A stretch of DNA of 40,338 nucleotides from a virus (Duplodnaviria; Caudoviricetes). The stretch spans positions 1 through 40,338 of IMG/VR virus record IMGVR_UViG_3300032373_000041. One strand, written 5' to 3'. The notes beneath the pieces are model-generated. The model did no database searches and was not told the DNA's origin. It saw only the letters and a program-made list of their open reading frames with translations. The first letter of the stretch is position 1; the number at the start of each line of letters is the position of its first letter. The position numbers and the translations under genes were made by a program. Below, one piece after another: positions 6,499-16,702 of this stretch.

Positions 6499-9051
6499 TT
6501 AGTCATCAGCCCTCAGGGCAATTGGCACAGCCGCCGAGCCAAATAGTCCTTTTCTGCGCCGTATTTGATTGCCCAATTGCTGAACAAGTTCGGGCCGCTG
6601 CGTTATCGCCTTATTGATGAATGCTTGTCCGCCCCTAGTCCCGCCGAGTAATGCAAGTGTTGCCAGCGCTCCCGAATATGGGTTTACAATATCCGTTTCG
6701 AGATAGGCGTCGGATGCCTGAGCACCGCCCAGAGCCGTTGCGCCGAGCGCACCCATCATCATCCTACGGCCTGTGCCGCTATCGGGTATGCGATTGGGTA
6801 GGACTTCCTGTCCGTAATCCGCCAAGTCTTCAAAGGGTCGCGGACCAGGAAACTTATTCTGGGTAGCATGGCCTGCTGCCTGCAATTGCGAAGGTGTGAA
6901 TGTGTAATTTTCGCCAGACGCACTTCCGCCTTTTGCCCGTTTTTGGGCGTCGAGGATCGTCTTGAAGTGGCGATTAGAGGCGTTCGCACTATCCAGACCG
7001 CTAATGGTTCTTTGCCCACCGCTGCGGCGAACAGAGCCTTCCAGTGCGCCCATAGTGCCCGTTACAGCATCTTTGTAATCTTGCTCAAAACCCTCAAAGC
7101 GCGATGGCGGTTTGTTCCGCGTCTGCTTTAGCGCCCGAATGGCTTGTTGGTATTGATTGCCCGTCATACCGCCAGCATCAGCCAGCGGTTGAATGCGTGC
7201 ATCCATTACAGACGCCAAGTCCCTGCGGCGATCCTTCGGGAGGTTTCCGGCCCGTTGCGTGACGGACTCCAGATCATCCAGAAGCGGATCGTCGAACGGA
7301 GCATAAACGCCTGCTGTAGCGTCGTCATACGCCGCCGAGACAGCATCGCCCGTTTCGCGCGCGCCCTGCTTGCCAATGCTTGGAGGGGTGAAGCCAATTG
7401 GTGCGCCAGTGTCGTCAAAAGCAGCTCTATTAAGTCCCTGCAAACCCTCAAGGCGGCGGGCGTTTATCATATCGCCTATGACGGGAATACTGGTTGCAGC
7501 ATCTTCCGCTTGCTTAACCACACCACCAAGCGCTTGCCCGGTAGTCAGTGGAATGTTGCGGGATTTGAGATATTCGACCGCAGGCGACAATTTGACACCA
7601 CCAGTAATCGCGCCAAGCGTCTTGCCTACTGCTTGCCCTCCCATCGTGCCTACTCCCGCAAGGGCAGCGCCGGACAATGGATCACCGTTTACAACTCCGT
7701 CATATGTTGAACCGTACGTGACATCTGTTGCTAAATCGCGACCGAATTGCGCCTTTGAACCGCCGCCAAGTAGTTTCGGTGCAAACTTACTGGCCGCAAG
7801 TCCAGCGCCCTTGCTTATCAACGCTGTACCGCCAATCGCGCCTGCCATCTGGCCAATCAAAGCCCCCGCTGGTTGTTCGTCTTGCAGGGTGGCCATCTTG
7901 CCGTCCGTAAGGGCGGAAACACCACCCATGCCAACGCCATCTGCAAAATTTGCAGCGAAAGCGCCAACGGGATTGTTGACAATATCATTGCGGAAACGCG
8001 CAACACCATCCAGCGCCTCCTCTGTCGGGGGAATGGTCGTATCAATTGTCCCGCCTTTACCGAGGCGCTCCTGAAACTTGGTGGCCTCGTTAATGTAGGC
8101 TTCACGGTTTGGAACTGGATCATCGAAGTATTTCTTGTCCAGCGACGCGCGGAAGTCAGCGTATTCTTCAGGCGACCAACCGCCCCTTGCGACGAACGCA
8201 TCATATTCGTCTTGGTATCCCTTTGGAGGTGGGGCTCCCTGCGTTTTCGACCCAAATGCCGCCGCTTTAAGGCCCTGGCTTTTGATAATCCGGGGAATTG
8301 TCATCGCGTTTAGGGGCGTGTCATTCGGCACTGGAATAATGTTGCCGCTCGCATCGGGGATGCCGCCCAAGATTGCCACTGAACGCTTGAGGCCCAATTC
8401 CTGCAAATCCTTTAGCCGCTGGATGCTATCTTCGATCGTAACATCTTTGTCACCAGATTGCGGAACAAAAGGCCCTACATTCATCTCCGCTTCTGCCGCG
8501 CTATTTAGCTGGCCGCCTGTAAAGCCCAAAACCTCACCGACCGTTCCCCTCGATGCATTTGCCGCGCGATCAAAGCGCTGGTTTTCCTCAAGTGGAAGGT
8601 AGTCGAGTCCACCGTAAATGCCGCTAGTTGTGCCGGGGCCGTCCTTAAACCGCTCCTCAAGCGCCCCGATGGTTTTCGACAACTCCATTGAGGAGGTGAA
8701 GCCTTTAATCGCCGCCGAGCGATCTGCCCCGGTGATTTTTGGACTATCGTCATATCCCGGAATAGGAATGACGCCCAGATCAGGGCGCGAAGGGTCTTTC
8801 CACATCGTGCCATCGGGCGCTTGATTGGTTTGAATAGTCGTCGGCGCAGTCCCGGCCTCAACTTGGTTGTCGATAGCCTTTCCCTGGTTCCCCAAAACAG
8901 TGTTCTGCACGTCAGCTTCAGCCTTCGGCCCTTGGAATGGGAATGAAGGATCGACCGGAGGTTGCTGCGACGCCTGTTGAACGAGGCGCACAGGGTTGCC
9001 CTGCGCATCAACCTCCCAAATGTTGCCGTTTTCGTCGCGTGCTTGGGGCAT
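6499..9051 (-). CDS. Large internal virion/DNA ejection protein
   Basis: 850 aa, Gly/Ala-rich with hydrophobic stretches; third and largest of three ejection-type genes. Confidence 0.75.
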   Translation of the reverse strand: MPQARDENGNIWEVDAQGNPVRLVQQASQQPPVDPSFPFQGPKAEADVQNTVLGNQGKAIDNQVEAGTAPTTIQTNQAPDGTMWKDPSRPDLGVIPIPGYDDSPKITGADRSAAIKGFTSSMELSKTIGALEERFKDGPGTTSGIYGGLDYLPLEENQRFDRAANASRGTVGEVLGFTGGQLNSAAEAEMNVGPFVPQSGDKDVTIEDSIQRLKDLQELGLKRSVAILGGIPDASGNIIPVPNDTPLNAMTIPRIIKSQGLKAAAFGSKTQGAPPPKGYQDEYDAFVARGGWSPEEYADFRASLDKKYFDDPVPNREAYINEATKFQERLGKGGTIDTTIPPTEEALDGVARFRNDIVNNPVGAFAANFADGVGMGGVSALTDGKMATLQDEQPAGALIGQMAGAIGGTALISKGAGLAASKFAPKLLGGGSKAQFGRDLATDVTYGSTYDGVVNGDPLSGAALAGVGTMGGQAVGKTLGAITGGVKLSPAVEYLKSRNIPLTTGQALGGVVKQAEDAATSIPVIGDMINARRLEGLQGLNRAAFDDTGAPIGFTPPSIGKQGARETGDAVSAAYDDATAGVYAPFDDPLLDDLESVTQRAGNLPKDRRRDLASVMDARIQPLADAGGMTGNQYQQAIRALKQTRNKPPSRFEGFEQDYKDAVTGTMGALEGSVRRSGGQRTISGLDSANASNRHFKTILDAQKRAKGGSASGENYTFTPSQLQAAGHATQNKFPGPRPFEDLADYGQEVLPNRIPDSGTGRRMMMGALGATALGGAQASDAYLETDIVNPYSGALATLALLGGTRGGQAFINKAITQRPELVQQLGNQIRRRKGLFGSAAVPIALRADD

Positions 9052-9052
9052 A

Positions 9053-9733
9053 TTAGCGTCCCATCCTGATATTGTTGCGCTGCATCCAATTGTCCGTTTC
9101 GGCTTGCCCCATTTCGTTCACCACGGCTTGATATTGAGCAGGCGTTAGCGAGGTAGGGTTGCCTTGGGCGTTCAACTGGGGCGCTGGGGTATTGCTGGTT
9201 GTGATAGGTGTGAGTTTGCCGACTGGGCGCGTAGGAGGTGAATTGTCGCCAACCTCAACACGATAAAACCGCCCATCCGGCCCCTGCCGATGAACTGGCT
9301 TCATTTCGTGGTAGGTCTTGCGTTCGTCTGGTGTGAGGCCCTGATACCACTCAAAGTCTCGAACAGTATCGTTGTTCACAGGCTTGGGGTTCTCACGCTC
9401 CCAATTCTGCTTGTAGAGCCAGTCTTCACGTTCAGCCAATCGCTTGGCCTCTGCCTGCTGTTGCTGCGCGGCTTGATATGCTCTTTGTTCCTGCCCAATG
9501 GCATAGGTCGGAGCCATATCGTTGCGTTGAAGCAGCACGTCGCCAATGGTCCCGGCGATTGCCCTGCCCGCACCGCCCTGATCGAAGAAACCCGGCTTTT
9601 TAGGCGTGCTGCGGCCAAACAAGCCCCTACCCATAGGCATTTGCTCCATTGGCTCGTCCTGCGCGACAATAGGAGGCGTGCCGGGATACTGTTCAAACAT
9701 ACCCTTGCGCTTCTTGCGGCCCATTCCAATCAT
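9053..9733 (-). CDS. Internal virion/ejection protein
   Basis: Gln/Gly/Pro-rich; synteny between ejection genes. Confidence 0.65.
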   Translation of the reverse strand: MIGMGRKKRKGMFEQYPGTPPIVAQDEPMEQMPMGRGLFGRSTPKKPGFFDQGGAGRAIAGTIGDVLLQRNDMAPTYAIGQEQRAYQAAQQQQAEAKRLAEREDWLYKQNWERENPKPVNNDTVRDFEWYQGLTPDERKTYHEMKPVHRQGPDGRFYRVEVGDNSPPTRPVGKLTPITTSNTPAPQLNAQGNPTSLTPAQYQAVVNEMGQAETDNWMQRNNIRMGR

Positions 9734-10389
9734 CCGAAACCTCCACTAGCCCAGCCACTAAGCCCAGCGCCGAGAATCTGCCCAAACAAGCCGCCCGATT
9801 GTTTCTGTTCGCTGTTCGTATATTGCCCAAGCAAACCGCCCGTTCCCGCCGCATACTTAGTTGCGGCGTCCATAGGCAGGCCAGAAGCCAGCTCAGCAGC
9901 GCCAAAGGCCGGAGCAAGCGTCATCAGGTCGCCAGCGGCAATGCCTGGGGCCATACCGGCAGCGCGCGCCCTGCGTTCTTCATTTCGGTCATAGTCGTTA
10001 TAGCGCAAGCGGCCTTCGTTATCCGCCAATTGCTTGGAAATGATCTTTGCAGCCACGCTACCGCCCGCAAGCCCGCGCGTGCCCAGCGAAGCATTTGTGC
10101 CCGTCGAGACGCTTTGGTTTGTCTGGTCGATTATATCTTGCAAATATGGATTGCTGCCATCGCCGTTAATCGTGTCAGTCACATAGCCGCGCGCGGCATT
10201 GATGGCCGGATCACCCTCTTTGTAACGGTCAAGCAAACCGGGAATTAGCTCGCCAATCTGATCGGCATATCCTGCGATTTTCGGAGCCTGTTCATTATAG
10301 GTGTTCGACAGCACGCCATGCGCGCCTTTAATCTCAGCCTCATAAACGGGCTTCGTTGTCTGCTTCGTTTTTTTCGAGGAGAGGCCCAT
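9730..10389 (-). CDS. Internal virion/ejection (pilot-type) protein
   Basis: MG start, SSKKTKQTT, C-terminal GGLFGQILGAGL amphipathic Gly-rich tail. Confidence 0.7.
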   Translation of the reverse strand: MGLSSKKTKQTTKPVYEAEIKGAHGVLSNTYNEQAPKIAGYADQIGELIPGLLDRYKEGDPAINAARGYVTDTINGDGSNPYLQDIIDQTNQSVSTGTNASLGTRGLAGGSVAAKIISKQLADNEGRLRYNDYDRNEERRARAAGMAPGIAAGDLMTLAPAFGAAELASGLPMDAATKYAAGTGGLLGQYTNSEQKQSGGLFGQILGAGLSGWASGGFG

Positions 10390-10742
10390 CAGCTTAGTTC
10401 CTTACTTATCGTCTGTTGGCTCATTTCAAAGCCCCTACTTTTCAGAATGCGCGCCCATGCCGGACGGCTTGAAATAGTCGCCACATCGCAGCCCGCTTCG
10501 CGCGCTTGATCACAAACTTCGTCAATCAGATTTAGAATGCCTTCGCGCTCGCCAGCAGCGAACATCCCATGCACTTCAACAAGCCCGCCCGGATGGCGAA
10601 TGGCCTGCACACCGATGATGGCGGTTTCATTTTCCCGAAGCGTGATATTCCCGTTCGATATTTCAGATTCGACCCACCAAAGCGGATGTTTGCGTTCGTC
10701 TAGTATGCTGGCAATTTCGGCGCGATAATCGGCATACGCCAC
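10389..10742 (-). CDS. GNAT-like virion assembly protein
   Basis: AREAGC...ISSRPAWARILKSRGF pattern; typical position before podovirus ejection genes. Confidence 0.6.
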   Translation of the reverse strand: MAYADYRAEIASILDERKHPLWWVESEISNGNITLRENETAIIGVQAIRHPGGLVEVHGMFAAGEREGILNLIDEVCDQAREAGCDVATISSRPAWARILKSRGFEMSQQTISKELS

Positions 10743-11347
10743 TAGGAAACCCGCTCAACTAATAGGAACGACGATCCGCTCGATTGCATTGTGACTGTTC
10801 CGGCCACCGCCTCTTGGACGCTGCGAATGTCGAATGTGTCGCCATCAGAACAACTAACCAAAACAGCGGCGCAAACTGTGGTCGTCTCGTTATGCCCACC
10901 CGTAGAACGCATGTATGAAGTGTTGAAGTGAAACCCCAGCGAAGTTGTATTCTGAAAATACTCCAAGCCAACAGCAGAGCGAACAATTGAGCCAGTCATG
11001 TGAACACTGGCAGAAAGCCTAACTACTCCGTCAAAATCTGCCTGAATAGCACTACCCGATTGCGTGAAATCAGATCCAAACGAAGTTGCCGTTGCCATCG
11101 GAACAACAGTTAGCGATGCGGTGTTGATGCTGGTTGCCGTATCGGTGTTCGTCAGTTGCATAGCGGAATGCGCAACGGGCGAGGCGGACTGCAAAGTTAC
11201 AATATCAGCCGCATTTGTAGCAATGCCCGCTTCATTCGTTGTCACCCGCGCTGCAAGCGAGGTAATCGACTTTCCTAGCGCCTTAACCCGCTCAGAGACC
11301 AGCCTAGGCCAATCCTTACGATTGGCAGATTCGACTAGCGGCCTCAT
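10742..11347 (-). CDS. Tail needle-like protein (coiled coil plus C1q/TNF-like knob)
   Basis: ITSLAARVTTNEAGIATNAADIVTLQ heptads then a beta-rich C-terminus; follows the nozzle gene, as P22/Sf6 gp26 does. Confidence 0.6.
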   Translation of the reverse strand: MRPLVESANRKDWPRLVSERVKALGKSITSLAARVTTNEAGIATNAADIVTLQSASPVAHSAMQLTNTDTATSINTASLTVVPMATATSFGSDFTQSGSAIQADFDGVVRLSASVHMTGSIVRSAVGLEYFQNTTSLGFHFNTSYMRSTGGHNETTTVCAAVLVSCSDGDTFDIRSVQEAVAGTVTMQSSGSSFLLVERVS

Positions 11348-12759
11348 CGCTCACCGCCGCGTCCATATTCAAGTTCGACACCGTCCGCATATGTCCACAC
11401 CGAACTAGCGGCAATTTCTTGCGTCAATTTCATGTAGCGCCCCGAAGCCCTGATGGGCATTACGCCCGAAGCTCGAAGCGCGCCCGCTGCGTTAACGTCA
11501 GCAGCATCTCCAAGGCGCTCTCTAACGTCCACTGTGAGCGTCAAGCCGCTTGTGCAGTCAGTGATAGGCCGGATTGCCTGATAACGCGCCCTGCGACCCT
11601 TCACAGGCTCCACAAAGGGCATTTCAAAGATGGCCTTGCGGTTATCGCCGCCAAGCACTCCCGCCTTACTGTCTTGCACCGCATAAAGCTGCGGAGAGCC
11701 ACCGCGAAACCTTGGATCATCAAGGCTAATCGTCATTGCATCAATATCGGGATTCGCCGTCGAAACATCTTCTAGCGTGTCAGACGAAGTGAAACCCGAA
11801 AACACGCCATCAATATCAATTTTGTCATATGACCATTCGCCAAGCGAAAAGTTGTAAATGAACAAATGACCAGGGCTTCCCGTAACCGCCCAGGTGATAA
11901 TCTTTGCCTTTGGGTCAACCGCTGCAAATATGCGCTCATAGTCTTCAGCGGGAACCAGCTCTTGAAACAGGCGGTCAATCTTCTCGTTGCCGATCGGGCG
12001 AAGTGCCTGACCGTCTTCCAAGGCCATAAAACCTGCATCCGATAGGAAGAACACGCTGCGTCCGTATTGCTCCACACTGCCCTTTGAAGCGCAGCCCACG
12101 TTCGTTGTTATTTCGTCGTAAGCAAACGGTGCGTCTCCATCGCCAGTAAGGTTCATTCTAACCAATCTGCGGCGCTGCAAAATCACCCCATATTCACCGC
12201 CAGCAAGGCCCATAACCTCGCCGCCTGTAAGCATCGGCTGAATAGTTGCGTCAGCACTTACAGCATCCCACTCGGTGTGATCGTTAAAGCCGCTTGTATA
12301 AATACCAAGCAGGTCGCTCGAATCCTGCCCAATCACAACGTAGTCACCCACGATAGCAATGCATTTGCCATCAGGTGCATCAGTAAGTGTTGAAGCCGTC
12401 CCCGCGTTCAGATCCACAACCTTGGGCGTGCTGCCATTCACCCCAATTGCGAAATTGCCAAACGAGGCAAAGCGCCATTGGTCCGTAATAGTCATTCCCG
12501 TAACCAAATCAGTCCAACCGCCCGAAGCATACCGCTCCAAGCCGTCAACCGTGCCTGCGAGAAGGTAGCTAGTGCCATCGTCTGCTACGAAAGACGCGCC
12601 GCCCTTAAATTCACCGCCAAGCGCGGTCCCGATCTCCAGAAAGTCCTTAATAGGCCGATAGCCTGTTGCAGTGCGAATGACGCCCTGAGCTTGCTGAAGA
12701 AAGCCGCTGTTGTCTGTTTGATCCGGCGCATAGGCTGGAAACGGCAGACTACTTTTCAC
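11344..12759 (-). CDS. Tail nozzle/tube protein (P22 gp10-like position)
   Basis: 471 aa, beta-rich; NVGCASKGSV...VFFLSDAGF; follows adaptor. Confidence 0.75.
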   Translation of the reverse strand: MKSSLPFPAYAPDQTDNSGFLQQAQGVIRTATGYRPIKDFLEIGTALGGEFKGGASFVADDGTSYLLAGTVDGLERYASGGWTDLVTGMTITDQWRFASFGNFAIGVNGSTPKVVDLNAGTASTLTDAPDGKCIAIVGDYVVIGQDSSDLLGIYTSGFNDHTEWDAVSADATIQPMLTGGEVMGLAGGEYGVILQRRRLVRMNLTGDGDAPFAYDEITTNVGCASKGSVEQYGRSVFFLSDAGFMALEDGQALRPIGNEKIDRLFQELVPAEDYERIFAAVDPKAKIITWAVTGSPGHLFIYNFSLGEWSYDKIDIDGVFSGFTSSDTLEDVSTANPDIDAMTISLDDPRFRGGSPQLYAVQDSKAGVLGGDNRKAIFEMPFVEPVKGRRARYQAIRPITDCTSGLTLTVDVRERLGDAADVNAAGALRASGVMPIRASGRYMKLTQEIAASSVWTYADGVELEYGRGGER

Positions 12760-13373
12760 ACTATAACCCGTGGTCGGCCATAACCCATACCCTTGCGCCT
12801 CTGACGCAAAAAGAACCGATTGGCGCTGGCCATTGCCTCACCCCATAGGCTCTTAAACAGTGCTGCGCGGGTATCGTTGGCAACATACCCCTCGGCAAAC
12901 ATCATCGCGCCGTAGAAATACAAGTCAGGATGCTGCGAAAGAAGCTCGCTAGTCGGGCTTGCTTCTGAAAGGCGTGGAAACTCCCTCTGATACAAAATAT
13001 CGACCGAAGCATCGTTGGCTGGCCAAACGTAAATTGCATCGTTCTCTTGCGAATATGCCGCTGGCGTTGCCCCCGTCAGATAATCCCGCCCGCTATCAGG
13101 TGAGACTTCATGCAGCGGGATTCCTTCAGCCAAAACAGAGCGGATAAAGTCGCAATCATCCGGCAACGCGCCTACACCGGCGGTCACTGAAACAGATGCC
13201 TGCGTTTCGTAAAACTTCGGGCTTAGTTCGCGGCGCATCATAGCCTCGGTCAAGGCCACCATGCTTTCAACCGATCCCTCTAGATCAGCCCGGTCCATCC
13301 AATCGGAAATGAACGCGGTCAAACTGGGATAGTCCTCGAACGCCAGATTGTTCGGAACCAGAAAGGCGGTCAT
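12756..13373 (-). CDS. Head-tail adaptor protein
   Basis: ISDWMDRADL, IYVWP, LLSQHPDLYFYGA motifs; synteny. Confidence 0.75.
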   Translation of the reverse strand: MTAFLVPNNLAFEDYPSLTAFISDWMDRADLEGSVESMVALTEAMMRRELSPKFYETQASVSVTAGVGALPDDCDFIRSVLAEGIPLHEVSPDSGRDYLTGATPAAYSQENDAIYVWPANDASVDILYQREFPRLSEASPTSELLSQHPDLYFYGAMMFAEGYVANDTRAALFKSLWGEAMASANRFFLRQRRKGMGYGRPRVIV

Positions 13374-14125
13374 CAGGCTTCAGCCTCAGCAGCGGCTTTT
13401 TCCAACTTTTCAGACTTGGCCTCTTCAGCCTTGGTCCAATCATCGCGCTGGGATACTGCATGGCTGTTGCGCATCAGGGTTTTGTGAATGTGACCAACTT
13501 CACCGGACAACCCATGATCGACCCAAGCATCGACGCCAGCGGCGCGCATTTTACGGAAGAAATACACATCCTCGCCAACCATACCCACCTTGTCTTCTGA
13601 AGGCTCAAACATAAATAGCGGTAGGAAACTGTCTTCCCCTTGGCTTTCTGCATGGGCCTGAAGGTTATCGAACACAGCCATATTGATCAGCAGAACACCG
13701 AAGCCGAGATGCTGGCACTGTTCGACCAAATCATCTTTGATTTTCTCTTCTGTCGAATAAAGAAGCCCGCCCTCAAACGCGCAAGCCGTGGGCGCAGTAG
13801 GAACCGCGCGGCGTGAGTAATTGCAGCCGATGATAGGCTTATTCGCGCTCCAAAGGCGCAGCAGCGTGTCAGGTGGGAATGTGTGGTCCGCATCGAGGCA
13901 GAGCATATAATCAGCGCCCCAAGCCAACGCCTCAGCGGTCAACCTATGGCGGCTTTCCGTCAGCATGGACGAACCGACGATGAAAACATCCCACTCGATA
14001 TTGAGCGGCTTTCCGTCAGTGTCGGTCGCGTTAGCAGTCGTGAAGTGATTTATCATGTTCACAAGGCATTGCATGAACATCACTTCGGGATTGCCGTAAC
14101 AGGGGATGCAGATTGCTATTTTCAC
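13373..14125 (-). CDS. GT-A fold (family 2-like) glycosyltransferase
   Basis: KIAICIPCY start, YMLCLDAD (DxD), GFGVLLI, GEDVYF, VGHI. Confidence 0.85.
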   Translation of the reverse strand: MKIAICIPCYGNPEVMFMQCLVNMINHFTTANATDTDGKPLNIEWDVFIVGSSMLTESRHRLTAEALAWGADYMLCLDADHTFPPDTLLRLWSANKPIIGCNYSRRAVPTAPTACAFEGGLLYSTEEKIKDDLVEQCQHLGFGVLLINMAVFDNLQAHAESQGEDSFLPLFMFEPSEDKVGMVGEDVYFFRKMRAAGVDAWVDHGLSGEVGHIHKTLMRNSHAVSQRDDWTKAEEAKSEKLEKAAAEAEA

Positions 14126-14409
14126 ATCTTATCTCCGCCGTAATATTCAGCCGTGAATTTCTTGTTCTCGCGGAACCAAGCGCGCATCTTCTTGTCGTCA
14201 TCAATCCAGCCATCGCGGATTGCCTCACCGAATGTTGCAAGCGGCATCTCGCCATAATAGCGAAAGTCCTTGTCTCGCGGCATCTCGGCGCGCTGCTTTA
14301 CAAATTCCAGAATTGGTTCGACATCTTGCCGAGTTTCCATGACATTGCCTTCATGGATTTGTGTATATTTTCTTGTGTCCGCATAGGCAGACAGGAGCCG
14401 TTTAGTCAT
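14122..14409 (-). CDS. Hypothetical protein downstream of capsid
   Basis: AGGAGG RBS; coupled to the glycosyltransferase (ATGTGA overlap). Confidence 0.7.
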   Translation of the reverse strand: MTKRLLSAYADTRKYTQIHEGNVMETRQDVEPILEFVKQRAEMPRDKDFRYYGEMPLATFGEAIRDGWIDDDKKMRAWFRENKKFTAEYYGGDKM

Positions 14410-14419
14410 CAACCCTCCT

Positions 14420-14446
14420 AAAAGGGGGCGACCCGAAAGCCGCCCC
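14420..14446 (-). terminator. Intrinsic terminator after capsid gene
   Basis: Minus strand reads GGGGCGGCT-TTCG-GGTCGCCCC-CTTTT just after the MCP stop. Confidence 0.8.
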
Positions 14447-14452
14447 GATTAG

Positions 14453-15403
14453 TTACGATGTTGCCAGATCGAAGATGCCCGCGTGGGCATCAGGATGGCA
14501 CATTTCCAGCGTGTATTCGCTGATGATGTCGCGGGTAATGGCATCACCGACACGGCCCATCTCTTGAGGCTCGAAAGCCCGCAGATAGGCAACCTTGACC
14601 TTCTTCGGATCGACCAAGTAGCAATCCCGGTCGCGCTGAGTGCGTGATGGGACAATCTTGATGTCGCCAAAGTCCGAACCATAGACCGAAACAGAGCCGA
14701 GAACCTTGTCTTCGGCAACATTTTGGCGGCTATTGGTACGGCCAGTAAAGGTCGAAACGATCTGCTTGTTGAACGGACCAACAAGCGCAACGGTTGGCTT
14801 GCCGCCATCCTCATACGCATCCTTGATCGCATCCTTGAAGATCGTCTCTGTCAGAGTGCGAATATCGCCCGCTGTGCCATCCGTTGCGGCAGCAGTGACC
14901 GCCGTTGAATCGGCACCGTTTGCGCCGCGCGAACCATTGCCTGAAAGCCAAGCATTGAACGAACGGAGCTTACGGGCAGTTGTGGTGTTACCCGCAGCCT
15001 GACCGGAGTTGCCAAGAAGGATCGCCTCCTGGTCTACCTTCAATTCGACCGACTTTAGGCTCATTTGATAAGCCATCATGTCGTCAATGCCCGCAGGGTT
15101 TGTTGCACGTTGAGTGCCTGTCACAGTCGCGTCTTTCGAGCTAATCTGACAGTAGTTTTGCTTGCGGGTCGGTGTGGTCGATGTAGCGCGGGTAAGCGCG
15201 TCACCTTCAAGGCGAGCGTTCGCCGTGTTGACCGTGCCGAGGGCTTGGTTTGACCATTCGTGAAGAACCGCAGTCGCTTTGGTGCGCGGCACCATCGAGA
15301 GGAACGGAGTATCTTCGGGATCAATGCGATAGATTGCGTCGGTCAAATCTTCGCGGTTGGTTGTCACATCATAGGTGGCAACCGCACTGGTTACTTTAGC
15401 CAT
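14453..15403 (-). CDS. Major capsid protein (HK97 fold, SU10/DUF5309-like)
   Basis: NREDLTDAIYRIDPEDTPF, LHEW, NYCQI, SDFG, SEYTLE; after scaffold, before terminator. Confidence 0.9.
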   Translation of the reverse strand: MAKVTSAVATYDVTTNREDLTDAIYRIDPEDTPFLSMVPRTKATAVLHEWSNQALGTVNTANARLEGDALTRATSTTPTRKQNYCQISSKDATVTGTQRATNPAGIDDMMAYQMSLKSVELKVDQEAILLGNSGQAAGNTTTARKLRSFNAWLSGNGSRGANGADSTAVTAAATDGTAGDIRTLTETIFKDAIKDAYEDGGKPTVALVGPFNKQIVSTFTGRTNSRQNVAEDKVLGSVSVYGSDFGDIKIVPSRTQRDRDCYLVDPKKVKVAYLRAFEPQEMGRVGDAITRDIISEYTLEMCHPDAHAGIFDLATS

Positions 15404-15407
15404 TGGG

Positions 15408-16448
15408 CTATCCTTTTAGAAATTGTTTGAAAACGGCGGCACCGGATTCGATGCTGCCCTCACGAGCGTTACGGTCGAACACGCGCTTGCGTTGTGTTGC
15501 CTTTTGGGCAGAACGGGGGCTGGAAACACCCGGCTTGACAGCCGGACCAGCAGAACGCGGCTTGGGCGGTGTCTTGCCCTGCCGAATGCGGTCATACTGC
15601 TGCGCCTTCCAAAGTATGTGAAGCTGGGCGCTAGTGATTTCCTCTTGCGATTCCGGGCTGAAGACTTCCGCAGGGATGCCATTCTCCGTCGCATAGGTTA
15701 TCATCGCATCAAGCACAGGCTGACCCCTTGCGGGGTCTTGCAATTCGGGAACGTCAGCCAATAGCTTCGGTGCGAATTGCGTTTCGTGCTCTTGCTTCCA
15801 CTCGGAAAATGCCGAATTGCTGGCCTCTTCCACTTCTTTTTGCGCGGCGCTTTGCTGCTCTTTGAGCTGAGCTAAAACACCTTCAGTTTCTCGCCATTGC
15901 TGGTGAGCGGCCCGATAAGCCGCTTCGTTGAATTGCTCCGTACCATAACCAAAAGCGCGGGCGTCGGGTTCAGGAGTCTTGTAAAGACCCTCCACCGTGC
16001 CAATCACATTGCTTAGATGTTCGAGCGTATTGGAAACCTCAACCACCTTGGCCTGAGCGGCTTTTCTGGCGTTTGCTGTTTCCTGGAGCCTCAGGTTTAG
16101 TCCGCGGTCACGCTCTCCTTCTCGCAAGGCAATCTTGCCCTGCGCCTCAGGTGAGAGAGATTCCCACAAATCTTGATCATCGGCACCCCATGAAGGCGGC
16201 AATGGCTGGGCCTCTTCGGCTGCTTCCTGCTCGTCTTCTTCGTTATCCCCGTCATCGGCCTCAGCTTCCAAGGGTTCAGCCTCTTCAGCGTAAGGTTCTT
16301 CGGGAGGTAATTCTTCTTCAATCTCGGTGCTTGCAAACTTACCGCTATCATCACGCGGTTGCGCGGGAGCGTCGAAAGCTTTGAAAGCGCTTGCTGCGTC
16401 TGCAACAGGATCAGTTTCTGCTGCCGCTGCGGGCTGGGCAGTGTCCAT
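15408..16448 (-). CDS. Scaffolding protein
   Basis: Acidic N-terminus with PRDDSGKF, coiled-coil middle, basic C-terminus; directly upstream of MCP. Confidence 0.8.
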   Translation of the reverse strand: MDTAQPAAAAETDPVADAASAFKAFDAPAQPRDDSGKFASTEIEEELPPEEPYAEEAEPLEAEADDGDNEEDEQEAAEEAQPLPPSWGADDQDLWESLSPEAQGKIALREGERDRGLNLRLQETANARKAAQAKVVEVSNTLEHLSNVIGTVEGLYKTPEPDARAFGYGTEQFNEAAYRAAHQQWRETEGVLAQLKEQQSAAQKEVEEASNSAFSEWKQEHETQFAPKLLADVPELQDPARGQPVLDAMITYATENGIPAEVFSPESQEEITSAQLHILWKAQQYDRIRQGKTPPKPRSAGPAVKPGVSSPRSAQKATQRKRVFDRNAREGSIESGAAVFKQFLKG

Positions 16449-16483
16449 AATTCTACACCTTTTGAGAATGCCCCGAAGGGCTG

Positions 16484-16702
16484 TTATTCGCGGGCCTGTC
16501 CCGCAAAATTCGCTAGTTTCTGGCGAAGCGCCTTCAGGTGGCGCAATTCAGTCCAGAGACGGTCGCGCTTGCGTGGAAGCCAGCAGGACTCCCATTGCGA
16601 CCTAATTTCATCTTCCAAGGCGCTCCAAGCGTCCTGAAGCGTGGGATCTTCCATCAAAGCTTTTGCAGCATACCCCCTTGCGCGTCGGGCTTCTGGCGTC
16701 AT
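16484..16702 (-). CDS. Small helical protein between portal and scaffold
   Basis: ATGA overlap with the portal stop. Confidence 0.7.
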   Translation of the reverse strand: MTPEARRARGYAAKALMEDPTLQDAWSALEDEIRSQWESCWLPRKRDRLWTELRHLKALRQKLANFAGQARE

